This document shows, one piece after another, positions 17,063-27,290 of a stretch of 37,935 nucleotides of DNA. The notes under the pieces were generated by a model. That model saw only the letters and a program-made list of their open reading frames with translations, was not told the DNA's origin and made no database searches. Source of the stretch: a virus. The stretch lies in IMG/VR virus record IMGVR_UViG_3300029258_003251. One strand, written 5' to 3'. Positions within the stretch are counted from its first letter, which is position 1. Each line of letters starts with the position of its first letter. A program made the translations under genes and the position numbers.

Positions 17063-17500
17063 ATGCCTTTTAAAAACGAACTAAATTATCAGGAATACGT
17101 CTACGACTTTGATGTAGATGGTGGCACAAAAGATGCCGCCATTATTCTGAGTGACAAGGCTGGCTATGCGCCACTACCTGTAGGGGCCATAGTTAAATCA
17201 GTCGTGGCATATGTAGAGGACGCAGTGCTGGGCACTAGCTCTACCTTGATCTGGGGCAATGATGGTGATCCCGATGGGTATAGCGGTGCTACCGTAGCAG
17301 AGGGAGACTTAACGGCTAATTCTCTACATAATGGCTGGGATAATGCTGCAGCCCTGTTATGGGATGATACTAACGATCATCAACTGCAATATTATGTAGA
17401 CACTGCTGCAAATGGCAGTTTTGAAGTACTTATTGAGACTGCCGATTTGAGTGCTGGTAAAGTAATATTCATGGTTGAATATTATCTACCTGCTGCATAG
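17063..17500 (+). CDS. Hypothetical head-associated protein, a possible decoration or head-fibre protein.
   Basis: GGGGGTAAACA RBS, with a position right after the capsid gene. Confidence 0.55.
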   Translation: MPFKNELNYQEYVYDFDVDGGTKDAAIILSDKAGYAPLPVGAIVKSVVAYVEDAVLGTSSTLIWGNDGDPDGYSGATVAEGDLTANSLHNGWDNAAALLWDDTNDHQLQYYVDTAANGSFEVLIETADLSAGKVIFMVEYYLPAA

Positions 17501-17556
17501 CAGTGAGTGGACTGTTCTAAAAACTAAAGAAGCGATCAGACAGACTTGACAGGTTA

Positions 17557-17580
17557 TGCTCAGCCCCATTGCGGGCTGGG
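17557..17580 (+). terminator. 9-bp stem hairpin after the capsid/decoration genes, a possible attenuator or RNA-stability element.
   Basis: GCTCAGCCC pairs with GGGCTGGGC (one G-U pair) around a 6-nt loop. There is no U-run. Confidence 0.3.
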
Positions 17581-17602
17581 CATAGCCACCTTGAGGGTTT
17601 AT

Positions 17603-18406
17603 ATGCCTGCCATACTCAGGAATGTAACCAGGACAGTACTTGATTCTGCAGAGACTACAGCCTATACCAAAAGCCCGTCACAGGATGCACTGACTTTTGA
17701 GTTAACTGCCTCAAGTGAGTTTTACATTTGCTTTAAAAAACCCTTCTCTACTAGGCATTTTAATTTTGACACGGCTAATACGGTAACCGGAGTGGTTATC
17801 ACAGTAGAGTATTGGGATGGCACAGATTGGGCAGAAGTGCTGGACATAGTAGATCAGACTTGGGGCTTTACCAGAAGCGGGTTTTTATCATGGGTAAATG
17901 ATGGCAAATGGCAGCCCAGGAAAGCATCTCCTATTGATGATGTGGAATTGTATTGGGCTAAGATCACAGTAGACCAGGATTTAAGCGCAGGCACTTCTCT
18001 GCAGAGTGTCTTAAATTTATTCTGTGATGAGGATATGCTGCAGGCCTATTATCCCGAGCTAGTGACCGATACTAGATATCTACCTGAGGGGAGATCTGAT
18101 TTCATTGAGCAGTTACATGCAGCTAAAGAGTGGGTAGTGCACCGCTTAAAAAAGGATCATCTCATAAAAGACGAGAATCAGATTGAGGACATCAACGAGG
18201 TAGCCATAGCCGCTACCCACGCTACTGCATGGGTGATACTCAATCCCATAGCTAAAGATGATGGTGATAAAGAGAAGCGTGATGAGGCATTCAATGATGC
18301 CAATAGAGAATTGAACAGAGTTAAGATAGATATTGATTGGGATGAGAGCGGTGTGATTGAGGATGATGAAAAAGATATTGGCAATATTTTTATACCGAGA
18401 TTGTAA
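17603..18406 (+). CDS. Hypothetical head-tail connector/adaptor candidate. The start is moved to the ATG at 17603.
   Basis: The track ORF starts at a TTG inside the hairpin region. The ATG at 17603 has a GAGGG RBS. Confidence 0.6.
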   Translation: MPAILRNVTRTVLDSAETTAYTKSPSQDALTFELTASSEFYICFKKPFSTRHFNFDTANTVTGVVITVEYWDGTDWAEVLDIVDQTWGFTRSGFLSWVNDGKWQPRKASPIDDVELYWAKITVDQDLSAGTSLQSVLNLFCDEDMLQAYYPELVTDTRYLPEGRSDFIEQLHAAKEWVVHRLKKDHLIKDENQIEDINEVAIAATHATAWVILNPIAKDDGDKEKRDEAFNDANRELNRVKIDIDWDESGVIEDDEKDIGNIFIPRL

Positions 18407-18858
18407 TGGCTGATACTGTAGAGCAAATCATAGACGAGACAAAAAGCCTGATAGCTAGTGAATTAGGCAGTAACTATCAGGAATTGAGATTTATCTATGA
18501 TGTGGAAAAAAATAATCTCCGTGATGCCAAATTAGCTTATGGGGTAAGGCCATTAGACGCGGCCAATGCAGCCACTCTCACTAGGTCTTATACCCTGGAT
18601 CATGGCTTTGAGGTGATACTGACTGACACCTTTGCCAGGGGTGATAGTGACAAGCAGAGAGAAGATAGCCTCAAAGTAATGTATGATAAGGCTGATGAGA
18701 TATTTAAGAATTTAGTAAACCACAAGATTAACTTAGCAAGCGTGGTGCTGGATATTCAGGATCCAAGCCTAAGCGAGCCAGAATTTCTAGACGATAGTAA
18801 GTTTGTGATCCTGAGAATGCAGTATGTGGTTAAGTACCGTAGTAATCTAAATCTATAA
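18406..18858 (+). CDS. Hypothetical neck or tail-completion candidate (150 aa).
   Basis: TAATG coupling to the upstream gene. The call is positional. Confidence 0.6.
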   Translation: MADTVEQIIDETKSLIASELGSNYQELRFIYDVEKNNLRDAKLAYGVRPLDAANAATLTRSYTLDHGFEVILTDTFARGDSDKQREDSLKVMYDKADEIFKNLVNHKINLASVVLDIQDPSLSEPEFLDDSKFVILRMQYVVKYRSNLNL

Positions 18859-18878
18859 AAATCCGTAGGGGGGATCAC

Positions 18879-20075
18879 ATGGCTACTCCTATCATTAGGA
18901 AAAATTCAATCATTGGTGTGGAAATCGAGAGCACAGAGGGTACTTATGTAGCCCCTTCTGCAGCTACATCTTATGTGCAGCCTTTGGCTGATGGCTTTGA
19001 GCTAATACCGGCCAGGGAACTAATTGATAGAGGTTTACTCAATGCCTCACCCGGTAAAGAAAGCCCTAGGCTTGGCACTAAATCAGTCACCGCTGCCCTG
19101 CCTGTAGAGTTTAGGGGTAGTGGCGTAGCTGGTGGCGCACCAGACTTTGATCCCCTGCTACGCTCTGCATTAGGTGCTGTAAGGGCATATGGCTCACAGA
19201 CCACAAGTACCACTACGCATACTGCCACTCAGATCAATCTCTCTGATGGTGATGCGGCTAATTACAACGTAGGGGATAGCGTGGTGGTCCTAGAGGCAGG
19301 AGCCCATGAAGTTAGGCCTATCTCGGCTGTGGTTACTACTCCTGGCAGTAATAGCATCTCTTTCCCATTTGCCCTGGATAATGGGGCTCCTAGTGATGGT
19401 GTAGTAATAGCTGAATACAATACCTATCTCACTGCTGCAGATGGCCATCCCTCTCTATCTCTTAGCTACTACTGGGCTAATGAGATCAGACAGAGTGCTG
19501 TAGGCTGTAAAGTCCCCTCTCTGTCTGTAGATAACTGGACCACGGGCCAGGTAGCTTCTTGGAATTTTGGATTAGAGGGGCTCTTTTATGGGGATGAGAT
19601 TGATGGCGTGGCCCCCCACACACCGACTTATGATGATGAGGTACCACCCATTATTCTAAAGGCCTGTGTATATAGAGACGGGCTTCAGATCCCAATCAAT
19701 ACACTCACCCTTTCTCTGGCTAATACGCTTGGATTTACCACTAGCACCTGTTCAGAGAATGGTAGGATTTCCTCAAGGGTAACTGACAGAGAGATAACAG
19801 GCAGCATCAACCCATATAAAGACGATACCCTTACTGATTACTTTGATGATTGGAATGATGGCACAGAATTTTCTCTGTTTGCTTATGCTTTCAATCCGTC
19901 AAGCACTACTGGTGAGTTTGATTTGGGATCGGTAGTGGCCCTGTGGTTACCACAGTGTTTTTCTACTGAGTTTCAAACTCAGGATCTTGAGGGCTTACTC
20001 ATTGACCAGATTTCCTTTAGGGCTACTCGGGGGTCCGATGGAACTAATGAGGAAATGTTTGTCAGCTTGATTTAA
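18879..20075 (+). CDS. Major tail protein candidate.
   Basis: GGGGGGATCAC RBS, with a position immediately upstream of the chaperone pair and tape measure. 398 aa. Confidence 0.55.
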   Translation: MATPIIRKNSIIGVEIESTEGTYVAPSAATSYVQPLADGFELIPARELIDRGLLNASPGKESPRLGTKSVTAALPVEFRGSGVAGGAPDFDPLLRSALGAVRAYGSQTTSTTTHTATQINLSDGDAANYNVGDSVVVLEAGAHEVRPISAVVTTPGSNSISFPFALDNGAPSDGVVIAEYNTYLTAADGHPSLSLSYYWANEIRQSAVGCKVPSLSVDNWTTGQVASWNFGLEGLFYGDEIDGVAPHTPTYDDEVPPIILKACVYRDGLQIPINTLTLSLANTLGFTTSTCSENGRISSRVTDREITGSINPYKDDTLTDYFDDWNDGTEFSLFAYAFNPSSTTGEFDLGSVVALWLPQCFSTEFQTQDLEGLLIDQISFRATRGSDGTNEEMFVSLI

Positions 20076-20101
20076 GCCCTCACATACTGCATAAGGTTCT
20101 T

Positions 20102-20512
20102 ATGATTATCTTAAGGACTAGTGACAAGGTGCCCTGTAAAATTGGGGATCTTACTATTTGGGTGTCTCCCATTTCTTGGGATCAAAAAATCAGCCTATCC
20201 AAACATTCAAAACAGAAATCGGGTGAGGTACAGGAAAATCAAAGCGCCATGATTATGGACACTCTCATAATGTCTATCAAAAAGGTTGATGGCTTTGAGG
20301 GAGAATTCCTTGATGGCACACCTGCTGTTTTGGAATGGGTAGATGGAAAGCTGACAAAAGAAAGCATTGAGATGCTAGTTAGAGCTATTGGGGCAATGCC
20401 CATAAGCAGGCTTTCCAGCGCCATACTTACAGATGCTTTGGCTGGAGATATTGAGGGATTTGAAATTGATTTTGAATCCCTTAGGGCATCAAAAAAAAAG
20501 AATTCCCAGTAA
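20102..20512 (+). CDS. Tail assembly chaperone (G-like, frame 0 product).
   Basis: Lies between the major tail and tape measure genes and ends just after a slippery A-run. Confidence 0.7.
   Translation: MIILRTSDKVPCKIGDLTIWVSPISWDQKISLSKHSKQKSGEVQENQSAMIMDTLIMSIKKVDGFEGEFLDGTPAVLEWVDGKLTKESIEMLVRAIGAMPISRLSSAILTDALAGDIEGFEIDFESLRASKKKNSQ
20494..20500 (+). other. Programmed -1 ribosomal frameshift slippery heptamer A_AAA_AAG.
   Basis: A run of nine A (20491..20499) then G at 20500. I checked codon by codon that the -1 frame is open from here through the ATG at 20569 to 20970. Confidence 0.6.
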
Positions 20513-20568
20513 GTAATGCTCTGTGGTTTCTACTAAGGGCCATAGAGGTACTTAACTACCCCACACTA

Positions 20569-20970
20569 ATGGAATGGGCTAAACTCAAATCCACTCTCAT
20601 TGCCCTGCATAATAATAGATTTCTGTGTGATCATTGCTTAACTCTATATCCTGCCAGGCCCAAACTCCTAGAAAAAGAAAGGCGCGTTAAAGGGTGCTGG
20701 GATATCTATAGCGATCCGATACATAAATTTGATGGCATAGCGTATAAAACCTGTCCTGGAAATTATTATGATAATATGGTGTGTAGCTGGGTTGAGGCAG
20801 CAGACAGTTTTGATAAAGGGGTAATGCCATTTCCTGGGAGCTACTTTGATCAGCCAGCTAAAGCAATCGAAGTACTCCGCATTATCAAGACATATAAAAC
20901 AAACTATCAGCTAGAGAGAGCCAGAGAGAAAGCTGCTAGACAAAAGCCACAGGTAAAACATGGCAGATAA
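20569..20970 (+). CDS. T-like extension of the tail chaperone, probably expressed as the G-T fusion 20102..20970 through a -1 frameshift.
   Basis: It lies in the -1 frame relative to 20102..20512 with no intervening stop. It overlaps the tape measure start. Confidence 0.65.
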   Translation: MEWAKLKSTLIALHNNRFLCDHCLTLYPARPKLLEKERRVKGCWDIYSDPIHKFDGIAYKTCPGNYYDNMVCSWVEAADSFDKGVMPFPGSYFDQPAKAIEVLRIIKTYKTNYQLERAREKAARQKPQVKHGR

Positions 20971-22939
20971 TGAAGTCACAATACGATTAAAGGTAGAGGG
21001 CAATGCTAAGGTTGAGCTAGAGAAAGCCACTGATGCCGTAGAAGACTTCTCTAGGACCACCAAAAAATCCCTTGTCTCTGTGGGCAGAGCCTTTGAGGTA
21101 TTCTCTGGGGTACTTGGGGCACAAGTATTCCTAGGAGCCATCAATAAAGCAGGCCGTGCAGCCAAGCGCCTATTTAATACTTTTGTGACTGATGGCGTTC
21201 AGGCGGCTCAAGTACAAGAGGATGCCATAAACCAGCTTAATACTGCCCTTGTGGCTAGCGGTAAATTCACAGCTGATACCAGTAAAGAGCTACAAGAATA
21301 TGCATCCCAATTACAGGCCGCCACCAAATTTGGTGATGAAACCATCCTACAAACCCAAGCCCTTATTCAAAGCCTTGGCCAGTTAGATAAAGAGGGCCTT
21401 AAACAAGCCACTAAAGCCACCCTAGATCTTTCTGCAGCCTTGGGTGTGGATCTCAATACTGCAGCCCTGTTAGTTGGTAAGGCAGCTGCAGGTGAGATCA
21501 GCACATTCTCTAGGTATGGCCTTATCATCAAAAAAGGTGCCACTAATGCTGAGACCTTTGCCAATACCCTAGAAGCAGTTAATCAAAAATTTGGCGGTGC
21601 TGCTGCTGCCCAGGTAGATACTTTCTCTGGATCTTATGCACAGCTAAATAATACTTTTGGAGATCTCCAAGAATCTATCGGCTTTATCATTACAGAAAAC
21701 ACAGTGCTACAATCTGTATTTAAAGAAGTGGGAAAGATCCTCACAGAATTACAGGATGTAATCAAGGCCAATAAAGATGAGATCTCAGTGGGTTTTTCCT
21801 CTGCAGTTATAGCCGTGATCAAAACAATAAGAGGGCTCATTGCAGCAGTACAGACCGCTATTGTGGTATGGCTTGAATTAAAGAAAGCAGCCCTTACAGC
21901 AGCTACAGGATTGGCTTTTGTAAGTGATTCGCTTGGTATCACAAAAGGCAAGGCAGATGAATTTGCCCAGGCAGTGATAGACGCCAATAAAGCTATAGAA
22001 GAAATTGGAGAAGAGGGCGGGCTAGTCAAATTAGATGAGGCTTTACAGAGAATACAGAACAGCGCAGAAGACGCCAAACAAAAGCAGGTAGAGTTACTTG
22101 AGGCAGAGAAAACAATACAGGATGAAAGAGATGCCCTATTAGAAAGAAAGCTAGCCAATGATGAGGCATTAAAACAAAGCAGGGAATCCCTAACTGAGGC
22201 AGAGCAGAAATTAATAGATACAGTTATTGAGGGCTCTAAAACTGCCATAGAGAAAGAAGAAGAAAAACTCACAGCACTATTGAATGCTACAGCTACCACC
22301 AAAGCCGAGAGGAAAAAGCTTGGCCAGGCCATTGAGAAGCAGGCTGTAAAGATAACCACCCTTGAGAAAAAAGAAGAGCAAAAGCGCACCGCATTTCAAA
22401 AGCAGCAGCAGACTGCAAGGCTCAATGCTGCCAGTACTGCTTTTGGTAATCTGGCCACCCTTAGCCAAAGTAAAAATAAAGAGTTAGCAGCCATTGGTAA
22501 AGCTAGCGCCATAGCTCAGACTACTATTCAGACTTATCAATCTGCACAAGCAGCCTTTAGCGCTTTAGCGGGCATTCCATTTGTGGGGCCTGTACTTGGT
22601 GCTGCTGCTGCAGCAGCGGCTATAGTAGCAGGTTTAGCCAGAGTAGCCCAGATCCGTGGTACTCCACTACAAGAAGGCATTACCTCAGTGCCTGGCATTG
22701 GTACCGCTGATAATTTCCCAGCTACCCTAGCACCCCAGGAAAGGGTAGTAACTGCAGAGCAGAATCAGGATCTCACAGAATTTCTGGCAGAGAATCAGGG
22801 ACAGAATGCTATCCTCATAGATATCAGAGACAGGCTTGATACTCTAGAAAACAGGGTAACTGTCAATGTGGGTGGCACTGAGATTGCCGATGAGTTATTA
22901 GATTTACAGCGTAGTGGCAGAGCCATAGGAGCAGCCTAA
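20960..22939 (+). CDS. Tape measure protein (659 aa).
   Basis: Long Ala/Gln/Lys-rich helical sequence with a hydrophobic Gly/Ala segment (GIPFVGPVLGAAAAAAAIVAGLA), in the canonical position. Confidence 0.9.
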   Translation: MADNEVTIRLKVEGNAKVELEKATDAVEDFSRTTKKSLVSVGRAFEVFSGVLGAQVFLGAINKAGRAAKRLFNTFVTDGVQAAQVQEDAINQLNTALVASGKFTADTSKELQEYASQLQAATKFGDETILQTQALIQSLGQLDKEGLKQATKATLDLSAALGVDLNTAALLVGKAAAGEISTFSRYGLIIKKGATNAETFANTLEAVNQKFGGAAAAQVDTFSGSYAQLNNTFGDLQESIGFIITENTVLQSVFKEVGKILTELQDVIKANKDEISVGFSSAVIAVIKTIRGLIAAVQTAIVVWLELKKAALTAATGLAFVSDSLGITKGKADEFAQAVIDANKAIEEIGEEGGLVKLDEALQRIQNSAEDAKQKQVELLEAEKTIQDERDALLERKLANDEALKQSRESLTEAEQKLIDTVIEGSKTAIEKEEEKLTALLNATATTKAERKKLGQAIEKQAVKITTLEKKEEQKRTAFQKQQQTARLNAASTAFGNLATLSQSKNKELAAIGKASAIAQTTIQTYQSAQAAFSALAGIPFVGPVLGAAAAAAAIVAGLARVAQIRGTPLQEGITSVPGIGTADNFPATLAPQERVVTAEQNQDLTEFLAENQGQNAILIDIRDRLDTLENRVTVNVGGTEIADELLDLQRSGRAIGAA

Positions 22940-23736
22940 TGAGTGAGTGCTTTAAAATTCTGTATGTGAATGAGTTTTTTGACCTGGATAATACTATTAC
23001 CAGCACCACAGAGGATGCAGAATTTCCGGTCTCAAATCTCACTTCTGATAGCAGATCTCAAGTATGGCGATCTGCCAGTGGCACCACTACAGACAGAGTA
23101 GTGATAAACCTTGGCTCAGCTAAAGATATAGATAGCTTTGCCATGTTTTTTGATGCCCTAAATCCCCTACCCCTTACCTCTAGTGCAGTTGTGAAATTAC
23201 AGGCTAACACCTCTGATAGTTGGGGAGCCCCACCAGTAGATGTGACACTTTCCATTGATCAGGTATATAAAAATGCTTATCACTTTTTTACCTCTACTCA
23301 AAACTATCAGTATTGGGCTGTGTCTGTCAGTGATGGCACTAATCCTAATAACCAGATAGAGCTATCTCTGCTTTATCTATCTGAGGCTGCAGGCACTTCT
23401 CAGCCCCCAGAAATTGGCTTTAAAGATGGGATAAAGGATCAGAGTAAACCCAGATCTACAGCCTTTGGCCATGAATACTGGGATATATACCCCAATCGGA
23501 TAAGCTGGGATTTTAATTTCAAGGCACTATCAGAAGCAGACAAGATCCTTTTTAAAGATATATTCACAGAGGTAGGAAAACACGGCACCATAGTTACAGC
23601 CCTTGATAGTGATGAGAATATTTTTACTGATGCCAATGAGTATCTGCTTTACTGCAGATTAACTAAGGACTATTCGGCTAAACACAGGTTTGTTAATTAC
23701 TTTGATTACCCTCTGTCAGTTAGAGAGGCCCTGTAG
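22939..23736 (+). CDS. Distal tail protein candidate.
   Basis: Immediately follows the tape measure gene with a TAATG overlap. Confidence 0.55.
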   Translation: MSECFKILYVNEFFDLDNTITSTTEDAEFPVSNLTSDSRSQVWRSASGTTTDRVVINLGSAKDIDSFAMFFDALNPLPLTSSAVVKLQANTSDSWGAPPVDVTLSIDQVYKNAYHFFTSTQNYQYWAVSVSDGTNPNNQIELSLLYLSEAAGTSQPPEIGFKDGIKDQSKPRSTAFGHEYWDIYPNRISWDFNFKALSEADKILFKDIFTEVGKHGTIVTALDSDENIFTDANEYLLYCRLTKDYSAKHRFVNYFDYPLSVREAL

Positions 23737-26297
23737 TGGCTTTTAGTACATATAGTCAGTTTCAGGATTTAGAGACCAGCGAGAAAGTAGCCCTAGTAAT
23801 TCTTGAGGCATCACGTAGGCTCATGGGCTGGCAGGTGCATTCTGGCTCAATATATAAATTGGATCCCTTTGATCATGCAGTTATAGAAAGCATCCTTGAG
23901 GATGGCACAGCCCTAACAGAGGTGGGGAGTATAGGCGCTATAACCCCAGGAGACTTCTATAATGATAGATCGGCTAAAATACTATATCTTGAGGCTACAG
24001 ACAGTACTAACCCAAATGGCAAATTCCTTGCCCTCACCTTTCAGAATTTTTATTCTAATGCTCTTGGAATTCATGAGCCTCACGATCTGTCTACTGGCTT
24101 TAATGTGTATTGGCTACCTTATGTTAAAGCTACTTCTAGGTTTGGGGTAGAGCTAGACAATAAAGAGTATCTAGGCTTTGCCATTGAGGGGGGCGGTAAT
24201 GTCACCCTCATTAATGATCGGGATTACTGGGATTCTATTTATGATAAGTGGTATTGGGATAACCAGAAGATCTTGATCTATTCCTGGCATAGAGATCTAC
24301 CTATTACTGAGGCTAAGCTAATATATAGGGGGCTTACTCAAAAGCGCACCTGGACAGATGAAAGCATTAAGTTTGCCCTAAAAGACCAGCTTAAAGCCCT
24401 TAGGCAGCCGGTACCTCTAACAGATTTATCTGAAGCATCGGGAGCCACGCTTAAGCCCAGTAATGTAAACAGAAAACAAAGGATCATATATGGCCGTGTA
24501 GTGGGCCATATTCCCTCTAATATTGATGAGACATTGCCCCTGGGCAATACTATTACTGGCACTGCTACCACTGCCAATGGCAGCACTTCTGTTACTGGCA
24601 GTGGCACTCTTTTTCTAAAAGAAGTAAGCCCAGATGATAATCTCATATTCGGAAATGATACTACTGAATACACAGTAGAATCTGTTACCAGTGACACAGT
24701 GCTAACCCTTACAGAGGATTATGGCGGATCTACAGGATCTGGGAAAGCCATAAAGATCAAAGGGGGGCATCCTAAGCGTTACCAAAACAGAGTACACCTC
24801 ATAGCTGGCCACGCTCTTAAAGTACCAGCTACTACAGTAGCCTCAGCCAATAAGATTGATGTGATTACAGTAGTAGATGATGCGGATTTTTTTGTGGGGG
24901 CAGAAATCACAGTAGGCTCTGATATCACCAATATCTCAAGAGTATCAAGCAATGTGATAGAAATGAGACCTGCCCTACCCACCATCCCTAGCCCTGGCAC
25001 AGCAGTTACCTTAAGCGCCATATGGGATGTGTATATCAATGATAAAAGGCTTAACCTCACAAGAGACTATACCTTTGATGCTTCTACGGCCAAGCTTACT
25101 CTAGATGAGCTAGCAGAATTCAATGTGGCTGATGTGCTTAAGGTTAATGGCTCAGTGACTTTTAATTCAACCCGCACAGTGACTGGCACAGGATTACAGG
25201 AGCAGTTTAAACCAGGTGACTGGATCAGAAATCAAAACCAAAGTGATTGGTTTGAGGTGCTATCTGTAGACAGTGATACCCAGATTACTTTAAGGGTAGC
25301 AGCTACCTATAGTGTCTCAGGCACAGCATTAAAGAAATCCCCTCAAGTCTATGCAGATGGGGAAACCACTATTTCCTTAAGGGCTATGGGAGCTACAGAG
25401 GATGGCACTACTACCGGGGATTTTATAGGCACAGGGCCACTGGCCGCTAAAGACATACTAAAGCGGGCTGGGCTTACTGATGATATTACAGAAAGTACTT
25501 TTGATACAGCCAGTGAGGTAGCCCCACAGATCATAACTTTAGCTGTGCCAGATACAGTATCAGCCACAGAATCTAAATCTGTTCGGGAAATTATCAATAA
25601 AATAAATGAGAGCATATTTGGCAGTGTCTATCAGAGTAATGATTTCAAGCTTGAGTATAGGGTGCTAGATCCGGGCAGGACCACAAGCTATGTACAGTTT
25701 ATTGAGGCAGAAGTGTTAAAGCTATCTGTCAAAAGTGATAGCTCAAAAGTAATAAAAGACTGTCTTATTGAGTATCTTTTTAAAGAGTTTGATCCTGATA
25801 GCCTTGAGGAAAGCTTTGCCATTGAGACACAGAGCAGCCAAGTAGCAGAGTATCTGGGCAAGACCGATGAGCAGTTTAGACTTAGGACAGTGCTGCAAAG
25901 CCAAGGTGATGCCAAAGTATTTGCCCAGAGGTGGGTATTTTTAAGGGAGATAGTATCTGCTGTGATAAGCATCAGCACCTCTCTTAAGGGAGCCAGGCTA
26001 CAGATCCATGATAGGATAAAGCTTGTGCATAGAAAGCTTTATGAAAGATTTGGGGCCCCAAGTGAACAGGTAAAGCTAGCAGGCATTACAGCTATCAAAA
26101 GAGACTTTGCCAGTAGTGATATTCAGATTGATGATTTGGGTAATGCCTATAATAGAGCGGGCACCATTACAGATAATGCGGCTAATATCTGGGCCAGTGC
26201 CACAGATACTGAGAAGCTTTTAAATGGGTTTATTACCGATAACTTTGGGATGATAAATAATGATGCCAATACCTTTGGTATCAACGTGATATGGTGA
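23736..26297 (+). CDS. Tail hub or tail-associated large structural protein (853 aa).
   Basis: The largest tail-module ORF, following the distal tail candidate. The call is positional only. Confidence 0.6.
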   Translation: MAFSTYSQFQDLETSEKVALVILEASRRLMGWQVHSGSIYKLDPFDHAVIESILEDGTALTEVGSIGAITPGDFYNDRSAKILYLEATDSTNPNGKFLALTFQNFYSNALGIHEPHDLSTGFNVYWLPYVKATSRFGVELDNKEYLGFAIEGGGNVTLINDRDYWDSIYDKWYWDNQKILIYSWHRDLPITEAKLIYRGLTQKRTWTDESIKFALKDQLKALRQPVPLTDLSEASGATLKPSNVNRKQRIIYGRVVGHIPSNIDETLPLGNTITGTATTANGSTSVTGSGTLFLKEVSPDDNLIFGNDTTEYTVESVTSDTVLTLTEDYGGSTGSGKAIKIKGGHPKRYQNRVHLIAGHALKVPATTVASANKIDVITVVDDADFFVGAEITVGSDITNISRVSSNVIEMRPALPTIPSPGTAVTLSAIWDVYINDKRLNLTRDYTFDASTAKLTLDELAEFNVADVLKVNGSVTFNSTRTVTGTGLQEQFKPGDWIRNQNQSDWFEVLSVDSDTQITLRVAATYSVSGTALKKSPQVYADGETTISLRAMGATEDGTTTGDFIGTGPLAAKDILKRAGLTDDITESTFDTASEVAPQIITLAVPDTVSATESKSVREIINKINESIFGSVYQSNDFKLEYRVLDPGRTTSYVQFIEAEVLKLSVKSDSSKVIKDCLIEYLFKEFDPDSLEESFAIETQSSQVAEYLGKTDEQFRLRTVLQSQGDAKVFAQRWVFLREIVSAVISISTSLKGARLQIHDRIKLVHRKLYERFGAPSEQVKLAGITAIKRDFASSDIQIDDLGNAYNRAGTITDNAANIWASATDTEKLLNGFITDNFGMINNDANTFGINVIW

Positions 26298-26301
26298 GAC
26301 T

Positions 26302-26808
26302 ATGGCTTTTGGATCTATACCCTCAGCATGGCTAGATATTGGTGATCCCACCAAAAAAGAGCTATTTGATCTGATAAAAGATAACTTTGATGATCTGGAT
26401 AGCAGGATAAATTCAGTTGAGGCAGCAGTTACCAATGAGACACCCATACAGTTTTCTGTAATTGGCAGATATTATATCGAGACTATGCCATTTTTAGGGG
26501 CAGGCACTACTATTAGAATCCCATTTGATATTGAATTAACTAGTGCGGTATTGCATGTAATAGATGATGGTACGGCTGGCACGCTTGATGTAGATGTGAA
26601 ATATAAAAGAGGTGCAGCTGCCTTTACTACCATTTTTTCCACTAGGCCAAGTCTTACTTTTGGTAGTGGTAATAATAGCATTGCCACTAATGGCGCGATT
26701 TCTATTACTGATTTAGATGCCGGGGATTTTATTAGGCTTGATATTATTACCCCGCAAACTAACAATGAGAAATTTAATTTGTATCTCACATGGGAGATTA
26801 GGGCATGA
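26302..26808 (+). CDS. Tail fibre or receptor-binding candidate (168 aa).
   Basis: Positioned after the hub gene. No diagnostic motif was seen. Confidence 0.5.
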   Translation: MAFGSIPSAWLDIGDPTKKELFDLIKDNFDDLDSRINSVEAAVTNETPIQFSVIGRYYIETMPFLGAGTTIRIPFDIELTSAVLHVIDDGTAGTLDVDVKYKRGAAAFTTIFSTRPSLTFGSGNNSIATNGAISITDLDAGDFIRLDIITPQTNNEKFNLYLTWEIRA

Positions 26809-27278
26809 TTAGTTTTGGAAAGTTTCCTTATCATGGGGCTGGGAATACTGTATTTACTGGCACGCTTAATTATTCGACCACTTCTGGGTGGGCTACTGTT
26901 ACTGGCTCTACTATAAATATTACCACCAAAGGAAATCTAGTAAAATTAGGCGCGCAGGGAAATGGTGTGGGGCAAGGAGAGTGGCGAATAGAAAATTTTG
27001 TAGGGCAAACCACTACCATAGGGCAAATTAGAATAATAAGAGATGGATCAATAGTTATAAACTATTCAAATCTTGGCATTCAATTGGATACTGCAGCCAC
27101 AGCGCTTAGAGTATTTAGATATCCATTGGGCATAATTAACTGCCTTGATTTACCACCAGCAGGGCCACACACCTATATTATCCAATTAAATATAGCATCA
27201 GGAGTTGGTAGAATAGCTCTGGCTAGCGGCTTGTTTTCGGCGGTTGAATTGATTCTTGATAGTGTAGAATTAACTTAA
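26805..27278 (+). CDS. Tail fibre or receptor-binding candidate (157 aa).
   Basis: ATGA overlap with the upstream ORF. The call is positional. Confidence 0.5.
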   Translation: MISFGKFPYHGAGNTVFTGTLNYSTTSGWATVTGSTINITTKGNLVKLGAQGNGVGQGEWRIENFVGQTTTIGQIRIIRDGSIVINYSNLGIQLDTAATALRVFRYPLGIINCLDLPPAGPHTYIIQLNIASGVGRIALASGLFSAVELILDSVELT

Positions 27279-27290
27279 TAGGGGGTAACA

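Noticed and set aside
21634-22389. A 251-aa minus-strand ORF antisense to the tape measure gene.
   Set aside because: It is a Ser/Ala/Phe-rich shadow frame of an Ala/Glu/Lys-rich helical gene. It lies wholly inside a well-supported + strand CDS and has no start context.
24338-25978. Several minus-strand ORFs of 88 to 119 aa inside the 853-aa tail gene.
   Set aside because: They are shadow frames within a long continuous + strand CDS, with no independent support.
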